Shown one piece after another: positions 51,080 through 59,723 of a stretch of DNA of 64,000 bases. The notes beneath the pieces are model-generated. The model saw only the letters and a program-made list of their open reading frames with translations. It made no database searches and was not told the origin of the DNA. Within the stretch, counting starts at the first letter, position 1; the number at the start of each line of letters is the position of its first letter. The stretch is from Acidobacteriota bacterium (GTDB taxonomy: Bacteria > Acidobacteriota > CAIWXX01). The stretch covers positions 96,001 to 160,000 of the forward strand of contig JBFMAF010000010.1 of the NCBI GenBank assembly GCA_040755995.1, given 5' to 3'. The translations under genes and the position numbers were made by a program.

Positions 51080-51810
51080 GGCCTCTTCTGGCTGGGGTCG
51101 AGAAACACGTAGCCGGCAGACCGGATCGTCTTGATGAAGCGCGGGGTGCGCGAGTCATCGCCGAGCTTCCGCCGGATCGACGATACGTGGACATCGATGG
51201 CGCGGTCGAAGACCTCGTAGTCGCGGCCAGCGACGCGGTCCAGGAGCTCGTTGCGGGTGAAGACGCGGCCGGGCCGGCGCGCGAGCATGGTCAGCAGGTC
51301 GAATTCGATCGGAGTGAGATCGATCTCCCGGTTCTCGACGAAGACGGAATGCGCCGCAGGGTCGATGCGGATCTCGCCAGCGAGGAAGGGCAGTTCTTCC
51401 ATGTGCAGGCCCTTCCTGGCGGACGGTTGAGAACGGCGCGTTACGGCACGCAGGCGGGCCAGGAGTTCCCGCGTCGAGAAGGTCTTCGGCAGGTAGTCGT
51501 CGGCACCGATCTCGAGGCCGACGATGCGATCAGTCTCGTCGCCGCGCGCGGTCAGCATGAGCACCGGCACGTCCGACTCCCTCCTGATGGCCCGAAGCAC
51601 GTCGAAGCCGTCCATCCCGGGCAACATGACGTCGAGGATGACTACGTGGTAGTCGCCCGAAAGAGCTTTCAGCAGCCCTTCGGCCCCCTCATAACAGAAG
51701 CTCACGTTGTAGCCGAGCGGGTCGAGGTAGTCCTTCACGAGGCGACAGAGCTTCTCGTCGTCATCGATGAGCAGAACCTGGATCTTCGTCCCCTTGCTCC
51801 CGGATGTCAT
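51076..51810 (-). CDS. OmpR/CpxR-family response regulator
   Basis: LIDDD, LDVMLP, LTARG, ADDYLPK, LTPIEFDLL, RAIDVHV..IRRKL, IKTIRSAGY; probable ATG 51810. Confidence 0.95.
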   Translation of the reverse strand: MTSGSKGTKIQVLLIDDDEKLCRLVKDYLDPLGYNVSFCYEGAEGLLKALSGDYHVVILDVMLPGMDGFDVLRAIRRESDVPVLMLTARGDETDRIVGLEIGADDYLPKTFSTRELLARLRAVTRRSQPSARKGLHMEELPFLAGEIRIDPAAHSVFVENREIDLTPIEFDLLTMLARRPGRVFTRNELLDRVAGRDYEVFDRAIDVHVSSIRRKLGDDSRTPRFIKTIRSAGYVFLDPSQKRP

Positions 51811-51951
51811 CCCTTCACCGCCTCGCGCGCCGCCCGCACGGGCCGGGCCTGGCGGCACAACTCGACTCGATCCGCGGCGCGCCCGTGCCGCTCTCCCCCG
51901 GAGCTCATCATACCAGAAGTCCCCGGGGCTGGCCGGCGTGCGGCGCCGTCG

Positions 51952-52533
51952 CTAGTCCCGGCCTGAACCCGGATCACTTCGGGCAGGGTCCTGCTGGGAC
52001 GGCAGGCCCATGAACTCATCGGGCGTCAGTGCGCCGTCACCGTTGCTGTCCAACTTTCGCAGGCTCGCGGGAGCGGCCGCGATCTCGGTGCCGCCGATGT
52101 TCCCGTCGCCGTCTGAATCCAGTGCACAGTCGATGGGCGGCTTGCGCGGGCGATATGGGTTGTCATCGCTCTCGCCATCGCGTCTGTGCTGCGGCAGCCA
52201 GTTGTCATCGTTCTCACCCCGGGGCGCTGGCGGTCGATTCAAGGCTTCGTCGCTCTCGCCTCGGCGCATGAGCGGCCGAGGCGGAGCATACTCATCCCGT
52301 GTCAACTCCCCGTCTTTGTTACGATCCAGTTTCAGGAGAGCCGTGGAAGCCTCTGCGATTTCGGCAGCTTCGATTAGGGCGTCGCGATTCACGTCGAGCA
52401 CGGAGACGATCGGCGGAGGAGGTGGGCGGTGATCGTCACCTCCCACAGGCCTCTGTTGATCGCGCTGCGCACCTGACGCGACGATCGGCGCCAGGGTCAC
52501 GGCCAGACAGAGTATGACAGACGGTTTCGTCAT
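51952..52533 (-). CDS. Exported EF-hand protein (4 EF loops)
   Basis: Signal peptide; DVNRDALIEAAE, DRNKDGELTRDE, DSDGDGNIGGTE, DSNGDGALTPDE. Confidence 0.85.
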   Translation of the reverse strand: MTKPSVILCLAVTLAPIVASGAQRDQQRPVGGDDHRPPPPPIVSVLDVNRDALIEAAEIAEASTALLKLDRNKDGELTRDEYAPPRPLMRRGESDEALNRPPAPRGENDDNWLPQHRRDGESDDNPYRPRKPPIDCALDSDGDGNIGGTEIAAAPASLRKLDSNGDGALTPDEFMGLPSQQDPARSDPGSGRD

Positions 52534-52580
52534 GGTTTCCACCTTTCTTCAACGTGGTCCTTCAGCCGTGAATGCCGATC

Positions 52581-54140
52581 TCACAGAGAGGATTCCTCTG
52601 CGGAGCGCGGGCCGACCCTGATGGTCTTGGTGACCCTGCTCGATCCCGATGAGTTGCGGACGGTCAGCCTTGCCGTGTAGGAACGGGCTTTGGAATAGCG
52701 ATGCGTGGGCGACTTCGCGGTGGATGCGCGGCCGTCCCCGAATTTCCAACTGTACGCCGTCGGATTGCCGCTGGACAGATTGTTGAACTTCACGCGCTGC
52801 CCCGCTGTCGGGTTGGCAGGCGACCAGGTGAACTCCGCGCGAAGTCCCGTCGGCCCGTCCGCGTCTCGCACCAACCGGACGAAGTTGAGAATGCCTATCG
52901 CATCGCCCTGCGGGCCGCGGCCATAAGGGTAGTCGCCTGGATCCCCTGACTTGGGATCGCTCCGCTGCGCTCCGGCGCCGTGCACATCCCGCCAGGCGTT
53001 GTTCATGAAGCCGAGGGCCCGGCCGAATGCGACGTAGTTCGCGTCATTGCCGTCGAGGGTTCCCTCGGGGGATTCACCGACGTGCGTGGTCGAGGACCAG
53101 TAGAAACCGTAGTCGGCCTGGCCGTTGGGGTTGGTGATCTGCGTGCAGGTGAACAGCGGGTCGATGGCGGCGGAAGCAGTCGTGTCGGGCGACCGGGCGT
53201 AGTCCACGATGCTCTGAAGCTCCTTGGCGTCCGGCAGGCGCCAGTCATCGTGGCCGAGGTAGTTTTCGGCGTTCTTCTCCTGGACCCAGGCCAAGGCCTC
53301 TTTCCAGTTCAAGCCCTCGCCGCTGTCGCCCTGCGACCACATCAGCCCTGTGACGTCGTCGGTGATCGTGCCGTCGCCGTTGTCGACGAACTGGTTGATG
53401 CCATAGCTGGTATTGCCGCGGACGCACAGGACGTGATACGGCTTGGCAGTGGCTGCCGAGACGGGATAGCCCTTGATCCGTCCGTCGGCGAAGTTCACGC
53501 CGAACATCTGGTCGGTCTTGGCGACGTACAGCGTGCTGGTGGCCCACTGCGAGTCGATGATCCGCTCTGTCATGGGGGTTCCGCCAGGGCCGTTTCCGGC
53601 GGACTCGCCGATGAAGCCGTAAGCGAATCCGAAGACGCTCGTGTCGATGAACGGCGTCGTGCCGGTGGACGCGGAGGGATTGAGGTCAACGCCGCTGTGG
53701 TTGATCAGCGAGTAGAGTTCCTTGACCGTGGGCAGGCGCCAATCGGTGTAGCCGCCGTAGCCGTTGCCGTCGTGGTAGGTGTTGAGGGTGGCCGGAAACG
53801 CCACGGCGTTCTGATACGTCAGTTTGTCGTCGTGCGTGAGCGAGCCGTCGAAATTCGTGTCCGGACTTTGCATCCAGGTCAGACCGGTGACGTTGTCGTG
53901 GACGGTCAGGCCGTCGCCGCTCGTGGTGTAGCTCGGCTGGTTGCCGGAATGCTGGGCATCTTGGCCGTAGAAGGCCGACCCGGCCGAGGGGGGGGCGATG
54001 GCGGTCGAGTTGTTGTAGCAGTCGGTCTGCCCGGTGTCCACGACGTTGTAGGTCGCGGCCAACGCAGTCAGGCTCCAGGTGACGACCACCGCCCCGATCA
54101 AGGGAGCTTTTCCCAGTGCCCTTCTTGAGATGATTCCCAT
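52581..54140 (-). CDS. Exported protein with two DUF1566 (Lcl C-terminal) domains plus PKD domain
   Basis: TGQTDCY, GQDAQ, DNVTGLTW, DWRLPTVKELYSL, DDVTGLMW, DWRLPDAKELQSI; PKD WKFGDG; AGGAGG RBS. Confidence 0.88.
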   Translation of the reverse strand: MGIISRRALGKAPLIGAVVVTWSLTALAATYNVVDTGQTDCYNNSTAIAPPSAGSAFYGQDAQHSGNQPSYTTSGDGLTVHDNVTGLTWMQSPDTNFDGSLTHDDKLTYQNAVAFPATLNTYHDGNGYGGYTDWRLPTVKELYSLINHSGVDLNPSASTGTTPFIDTSVFGFAYGFIGESAGNGPGGTPMTERIIDSQWATSTLYVAKTDQMFGVNFADGRIKGYPVSAATAKPYHVLCVRGNTSYGINQFVDNGDGTITDDVTGLMWSQGDSGEGLNWKEALAWVQEKNAENYLGHDDWRLPDAKELQSIVDYARSPDTTASAAIDPLFTCTQITNPNGQADYGFYWSSTTHVGESPEGTLDGNDANYVAFGRALGFMNNAWRDVHGAGAQRSDPKSGDPGDYPYGRGPQGDAIGILNFVRLVRDADGPTGLRAEFTWSPANPTAGQRVKFNNLSSGNPTAYSWKFGDGRASTAKSPTHRYSKARSYTARLTVRNSSGSSRVTKTIRVGPRSAEESSL

Positions 54141-54204
54141 TCTCGCCTCCTATCTGTCACGCCGAGTGCCTCTCGTTGCGACACACGTAAGATAGGGGGG
54201 GAAT

Positions 54205-54253
54205 GTAAATTCTATTTGAGGAATCGAGCCGTCAATTGTAAAGGTTCAGTAAA
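54205..54253. promoter_or_regulatory. OmpR/CpxR-type direct-repeat box
   Basis: GTAAA at 54205, 54238 and 54249 (11-bp phase) upstream of the DUF1566 operon. Confidence 0.6.
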
Positions 54254-54339
54254 TCACGGGCACACGTCTCCCGCGGGCAGGCTCTTGTGAGCCCCATCGG
54301 CCTGCGCGGCCCCCTTCACGGTAGTTGTGCTCCACCCTA

Positions 54340-55761
54340 CTACGATCCGCCTGCGTACCGCTGCAGATCCAACCAGAGCGATTCCACGTGCCTTCGTTCC
54401 GTGGTCTCGGCTCCGATGCTCACGCGAAGCATCTGCCGGCCCTTTAACACCGAAGGGGTCAGGTAAGCCTTCCCTTCTTCGTTGACGCGGCGCGCAATCT
54501 CAACGTTGTGCCGCGTGAGCGCGGCCTCGTCGCCTCGGAATCGATCGGGCACGTGGCGGATGCAGACGGTTTGCAGGTGCACCGGCGCCATCAGCTCCCA
54601 GTCCTTCGCCTTCTCCACCCGGTCCTTCAACCATTGTGCGTTCGATAGGTCGCGACGGATCCTTGCCTGCAGGCCCTCGACACCAACATCCATGAGGAAG
54701 AAGAGCAGCTTGAGCGAACGGAAACGCCTCCCGAGCTGGATATGCCAGTCGCGGAAGTTCTTCACTTCGCCGTCCTGATCCGTCCGCAGGTAGCTCGGGT
54801 TGGTGCTCATCACGCGTATCAGGTGTTGCGGGTCGCGGACGAAGTAGGCGCTGAAATCGAACCCGACTCCCATCCACTTGTGCGGATTGAACACGAGGCT
54901 GTCCGCAGACTCCACACCCTCCCACATCCAGCGGCACTCCTCGAGCACCATCGCCGTCCCCGCCAGGGCCGCGTCGACATGGAGCCACATCCCGTGTTTC
55001 CTCGCGACCTCGGCGATCGCAGTCAGCGGGTCCAGCGCCGTGGTCGCCGTCGTACCCACTGTTGCCACGATCGCGCAAGGCCGCAGCCCCGCCCTGAGGT
55101 CGGCATCGACGGCAGACTCGAGCAGGTCCACGCGCAGCGCGTGGGCATCGTCCGTGCCGACCAGCCGCAGGTAGTCGCGGCCGAAGCCGGCAAGAAGAGC
55201 TGCCTTCTCGATCGAGCTGTGGGCTTGATCGGAGCCATGAACCACCAGGGGTGCCTCACCGGCCTGCATGCCCCTGCCGTTCTGGCTGAATCCTGACGCG
55301 CGCTCGCGCGCACACAGCAATGCGCACAGCGTCGCGGTGCTGGCCGTGTCGTGTACGACACCGGTCCAGGCGGGCGAGAGCCCGACCATCTGTCGCAGCC
55401 AGTCCATCACCACTTCTTCCACCTCGGTGGCGGCGGGGCTGGTCTGCCAGCTCATTCCCTGGACGCCGAGTCCCGAGGCCACGATGTCGGCGAGGATCGA
55501 CGCGTAGCTCGTGTTGCTGGGGAAATAGGCGAAGAACGACGGATGGTTCCAGTGCGTGATGCCGGGCAGCAGGTCCGTATCCAAGGCTGCCAGGGCCTCT
55601 GCAAGCCGTCCGCCGGAGGCCGGCGGGACTCGAGGAAACCGTGCGCGGATCTCTCCCGGCCTGGCCCGGCTCATCACCGGGAGCGTCTCCAGCCGCTCGC
55701 GGTAGTCCGCGACCCAATCCACGAGCCTGTGCCCGAGAAGTCTGAACGTAGCTGCATCCAT
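54340..55761 (-). CDS. PLP-dependent group II (aromatic-L-amino-acid-type) decarboxylase
   Basis: PGITHWNHP.FFAYF, TSPAATEVE, QAHSSIEKA, WLHVDAA, FNPHKW, LGRRFRSLKL. Confidence 0.93.
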   Translation of the reverse strand: MDAATFRLLGHRLVDWVADYRERLETLPVMSRARPGEIRARFPRVPPASGGRLAEALAALDTDLLPGITHWNHPSFFAYFPSNTSYASILADIVASGLGVQGMSWQTSPAATEVEEVVMDWLRQMVGLSPAWTGVVHDTASTATLCALLCARERASGFSQNGRGMQAGEAPLVVHGSDQAHSSIEKAALLAGFGRDYLRLVGTDDAHALRVDLLESAVDADLRAGLRPCAIVATVGTTATTALDPLTAIAEVARKHGMWLHVDAALAGTAMVLEECRWMWEGVESADSLVFNPHKWMGVGFDFSAYFVRDPQHLIRVMSTNPSYLRTDQDGEVKNFRDWHIQLGRRFRSLKLLFFLMDVGVEGLQARIRRDLSNAQWLKDRVEKAKDWELMAPVHLQTVCIRHVPDRFRGDEAALTRHNVEIARRVNEEGKAYLTPSVLKGRQMLRVSIGAETTERRHVESLWLDLQRYAGGS

Positions 55762-55975
55762 GCCTGCACCTCTCTTGCCTTGTTCATCGTAGCATAGACC
55801 CCTTGCCCAGGTACTTGCCAGCGAGGCGCGGCCTCAGACCGATGAACCATGCGAGGCTGCGTCGGCCGCACCTCGCGTGGAGAGTAGAGAGTGGCAGTGA
55901 CGCCCCGGTCCAAAGACTTGACTCAATCGCAACATCAAGGGCGGTGCCGCTGACTTAGGGATTGTCCGTGCACGT

Positions 55976-56033
55976 TTGACAAGTGTATCTCCATGGGATA
56001 CACTTCACAACAGTATCTCCGCAAGACACACTT
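55976..56033 (+). promoter_or_regulatory. Promoter with tandem 25-bp palindromic operators
   Basis: TTGACA-N17-TACACT; AAGTGTATC-N7-GATACACTT (55981-56005) and an 18/25 copy at 56009-56033. Confidence 0.75.
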
Positions 56034-56044
56034 GGAGGTGCCGG

Positions 56045-57436
56045 ATGTTTCTCAATCGCGAGCGCGAGATTGGGTTCCTGGAGAGCCGGTATCGCCGGCC
56101 GGGTGCGGAGTTCGCGGTGCTCTATGGGCGCCGCCGCGTGGGCAAGACGAGTCTCGTATATGAGTGGTGCCGGCAGAGGCCGCATGTGTATTTCTTCGGA
56201 GCGCGTCTGAGCGGTGCGGCGCTCCTGCACGAGTTCTCGCAGGCCCTGGCGGGTTCGCTCGAAGGTGCACCGAGTGTGTTCGCGGACTGGACCGGAGCCC
56301 TGGGGGCGCTGGGGGAATTGGCCCGCCAGCGGCGATTCGTCGTCGTTCTCGACGAGTACCCGTACTTGGCGGACTCTGTGCCCGGGGTTTCCACCGTGCT
56401 ACAACGCGCGTGGGACACAACGCTGCAGCGCACTCATCTGTTTCTGTGCCTGACCGGTTCAACGCACAGCGTGATGCGGAGGGAGATATTTGAGGCCGCA
56501 GCCCCTCTCTATCGCAGGCACACCTGGGCGTACGAGCTCCTCCCCATGCAGCCTTCAGACCTGCGGGCCTTCTTTCCTGGGTACACCCCGGAGCAATTGA
56601 TCGAGGCCTACTCCATCCTCGGGGGAATGCCGCGCAACCTGGTCGTCGTCGACCCGCAAGCCGGACTGATGCGCAACGTCGCGAAGGAGCTCTTGAGCCC
56701 GGCGGGCAGCCTGTTCAACGAGGTGCGGCTGCTGCTGCACGAGGACCTGAAGGGGGAGGTCGACATCTACAGCCGGGTTCTCTCGGCCATAGCCGGTGGC
56801 CAGCATCACCGAAGGGACATCGCGGCCGCCACGCAGCTGAGCCTGGCAGCTGCTCAGCACTATATCGGGGCGCTGCAGACCAGCGGGCTTGTCGAGCATC
56901 GCCGCCCGCTGACACGGCTGCGCGACGAGGATCGCCAGGGCACCTATCACATACTCGATCCGTTTCTGCGGTTCTGGCATCGATGGGTGGCACAGTATCA
57001 AGCCATGCTGGAGATCAACCGGCACCAGGCCGAGACGCTCAGCGAGATCCGCAACGAGTTGTCGTTCATCGTGGCCCCCGTCTGGGAGTCTATCGCGCGC
57101 CAGCACCTGCTGGTTGCATCGGCACGCGGTCAAATCCCATTCGCTGTACAGGAGGTGGGCGCGTGGTGGTCGCGAGACGCTCAGGTGGATGTGATCGGCG
57201 TGAACCGAAGCGAACGGCGCGTAGTATTCGGAGAGGCTCGCTGGCGTTCCACCGCCGTCACCGCCAAGGCGCTGGGCGACCTGGTCGAGAAGGGCCTCCT
57301 ATGGCTTCGAGGTGACACCTCGCGCTGGGACGTGCACTATGCATTCTTCGGCCGATCCTTCGGTCGCGTGCAAATCGACCGCGTTGACCGGGACAAAGTA
57401 CATCTGTTCACCCCTGAAGATGTGACGATGCCGTGA
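56045..57436 (+). CDS. ATPase_2-type P-loop ATPase with winged helix and DUF234 (PD-(D/E)XK-like) domain
   Basis: MFLNRERE, YGRRRVGKT, VVVLDEYPY, LTGS, GGMP, DPFLRFW, GAWW...VDVIG...FGEARW; GGAGG RBS. Confidence 0.9.
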   Translation: MFLNREREIGFLESRYRRPGAEFAVLYGRRRVGKTSLVYEWCRQRPHVYFFGARLSGAALLHEFSQALAGSLEGAPSVFADWTGALGALGELARQRRFVVVLDEYPYLADSVPGVSTVLQRAWDTTLQRTHLFLCLTGSTHSVMRREIFEAAAPLYRRHTWAYELLPMQPSDLRAFFPGYTPEQLIEAYSILGGMPRNLVVVDPQAGLMRNVAKELLSPAGSLFNEVRLLLHEDLKGEVDIYSRVLSAIAGGQHHRRDIAAATQLSLAAAQHYIGALQTSGLVEHRRPLTRLRDEDRQGTYHILDPFLRFWHRWVAQYQAMLEINRHQAETLSEIRNELSFIVAPVWESIARQHLLVASARGQIPFAVQEVGAWWSRDAQVDVIGVNRSERRVVFGEARWRSTAVTAKALGDLVEKGLLWLRGDTSRWDVHYAFFGRSFGRVQIDRVDRDKVHLFTPEDVTMP

Positions 57437-57546
57437 TCAGGAGTCTGGGCGCTCTGGCCTCCCTTGCAGGAGGCTGGACACGAGTCCGGGCGGTATCATA
57501 GGGCACCGACGCCCGAGGACGCGCGCGCACTGAGCCAGCGCAAGTG

Positions 57547-59703
57547 TTACTGAGGGGAAGCGCGGCCTTCCTCGCCGGGGCCCCGTTCACCACCGGCCCC
57601 GCCCGGCCGAACCAGCAGCCGCACCAGCAGCAGCAAGAGCACCACGGCGACGGCGACCAGCGCGCCCCAGAAGAGCTTCTTCTGCATCGGGGCGGTCGAC
57701 GGAGGCTTGGGCACAACGGTCTCGGGGGAGAGCGCCAGCTCGTGCGCCTGGGCTCCCATCAGGCGAGGCGCGAGCAGCGCGAGATCGTAGCGCGGCGGGC
57801 GGAGACCCGGCTGGCCGTAGTAGAGCGACAGCCGCGCGCCGGCCCCGTAAAAGAACCTCAGCCGGTATGCCGGGAGCAGGATCTCTGCACTCTTGATCGG
57901 AAGCGGGCTGTTGTCTCCCTCGTCGACGAGCACGATCAGCCTGGCAGTTCGCGGAGCCTTGAGTGCCAGCGCCATGGCGGGCGCCGCCCGCTCCTCGGCC
58001 GCATGAATCCACTGCCCCTGCGCCAGCGTCTCGACCCATGGCTCCTCGCGCGTGTCCACCGGATGCCGCTCGGCTTGCACCGAGACCCAACGATCGAAGA
58101 CCCTCGCCGTGGTCTTGAGCACGAGCGTGCACTCGGGCAGCGTCTCGTATGGAAAATCGAGGAGGTACCGCGACATCGTGCCCGCGCCGCCTTCTTTCTT
58201 GTCGACGGTTCGTTGCGGTACATGCAGTGGCAGCGTCAGCGGCTCGCCGCGCCTTTCCAGAAGGTACGGCACCTGCCGCCCGCCTGAGTCTACGATTCGG
58301 ATGTCCCCAAGCTCGCTCTGGACCGTGTCCCCATGCGCCAGCACGGCGGCGTCCAGCTGCAGCGACGTGAGCCCCGGGCGTCCCTCGGGTATCGTTCTGG
58401 AGTATTCGAATTTCTGTACTTCCAACTCAGCGCCGACGAGCGGGATAGGGCTGGTTTGCGGCACAGGAGGCCCCGCGGCCACCAGATCGCGCGCCTCTCC
58501 CCAGTGCGCGTCCACCATCGTCGCGCTTTCGATCATCTTCCGCTTGGCTTCCAGGTCGTATCTGGGCGGCGCCATGCCTCGCACACCGTACCGTGCCATC
58601 AGCGGCGCGCCATCCGAGCTCTCGAAGTAGATCCAGGGCAAAGGCGCCAGCTCGACCGACACCTCCTTCAGGTCCAGCGGCGGGTTGTCGCGATCCTCCA
58701 CGACGAGCTGCAGCTCCGGTTCCTCAGGGCGTGCGATTGGGATCCGCAGGTCAGATGCAGTGAGGTCGCCGTGGCGTACCATTCGGAGAGGCGCGCTGCC
58801 CAGAGCGTGCGCCACTACCTGGCTCCCTTGGAGTCTCGCTTCTGTCACGTTCGCTACCCGGTCCAGGGTGCTCTCGCCCACCATGATATCCACCGCGACG
58901 ATGGGCAGATGCGCTCCGGCCAGGCGGATCATGAATCGGCTCTTTCCCGGCTCGCTCGCCAACCGCGCGAACTCGACAACCAGACGCACGGGCGCAGGGG
59001 ACACGATAGTACCCGGCACGCGCACGCGAACTCGGGATGGAGACGGCAGGCGGTGGCTGGATCGATCGTCCCAGATGAGTCGCAAATACCGGTACTCGCC
59101 GGGTGCGAAATCGACGTGGGTCCGCCGGAGTGACTCTTCGGGCAGGTCGAACAGAGTGCCCTCGGCCGTCAGCACGGTCCAGTGGCTTCGATCGCCGCTG
59201 CCTTCAAGCCTGAATTTTTTTACAAAAGGGGCCGGCAGCCCGAACAGCTCCATGCGGTCAACGACGCGCAGCGCACCGATGTCAGCCTCGAAGCCGCTCT
59301 TCTGCCGCGTCGCGGCCACCGGCAAGCGGGTCGCGTCAGTCCATCGCGCAGTCACATCGGGCGGCGACACGAGCAGATATGGCACTTCCCGGTCCGCAGC
59401 ATCGAAGAGCCGCAAATCACCGAGACCGCCCGCAAAGACCGGCTGCGGCTTCCCATCCGCGTCCAGCGCGTCGAGGTACCGCAGTCTCTCCGAGGAGACC
59501 AGCAGCGCCTGGTCGACAAGCAGGCGATTCGGCCTTGCGCCGCCAGGCTTCACCTCCCGCTCGAAACGGAACGCGGCCCTCGACGCGGGCGCCGGCTCCT
59601 GAGCAGCGGGCAATCGGCCTGCCAGCGCCCAACAGACCAGGAACAGCAGACCGGCCCGGCCGCCGACCGGCGGCACCGGGATCCGCGCGAGCGGCCGATC
59701 CAT
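57547..59703 (-). CDS. DUF3999-like exported protein with C-terminal membrane anchor
   Basis: Signal peptide from ATG 59703; duplicated DLR/DIR...VPYL, D.DN.PL and PPRYDL motifs; C-terminal TM. Confidence 0.75.
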   Translation of the reverse strand: MDRPLARIPVPPVGGRAGLLFLVCWALAGRLPAAQEPAPASRAAFRFEREVKPGGARPNRLLVDQALLVSSERLRYLDALDADGKPQPVFAGGLGDLRLFDAADREVPYLLVSPPDVTARWTDATRLPVAATRQKSGFEADIGALRVVDRMELFGLPAPFVKKFRLEGSGDRSHWTVLTAEGTLFDLPEESLRRTHVDFAPGEYRYLRLIWDDRSSHRLPSPSRVRVRVPGTIVSPAPVRLVVEFARLASEPGKSRFMIRLAGAHLPIVAVDIMVGESTLDRVANVTEARLQGSQVVAHALGSAPLRMVRHGDLTASDLRIPIARPEEPELQLVVEDRDNPPLDLKEVSVELAPLPWIYFESSDGAPLMARYGVRGMAPPRYDLEAKRKMIESATMVDAHWGEARDLVAAGPPVPQTSPIPLVGAELEVQKFEYSRTIPEGRPGLTSLQLDAAVLAHGDTVQSELGDIRIVDSGGRQVPYLLERRGEPLTLPLHVPQRTVDKKEGGAGTMSRYLLDFPYETLPECTLVLKTTARVFDRWVSVQAERHPVDTREEPWVETLAQGQWIHAAEERAAPAMALALKAPRTARLIVLVDEGDNSPLPIKSAEILLPAYRLRFFYGAGARLSLYYGQPGLRPPRYDLALLAPRLMGAQAHELALSPETVVPKPPSTAPMQKKLFWGALVAVAVVLLLLLVRLLVRPGGAGGERGPGEEGRASPQ

Positions 59704-59723
59704 CGGATATCCTCCCCTTGAGA

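Noticed and set aside
52581..54140. Diversity-generating retroelement targeting DUF1566
   Set aside because: No reverse transcriptase and no template/variable repeat pair seen
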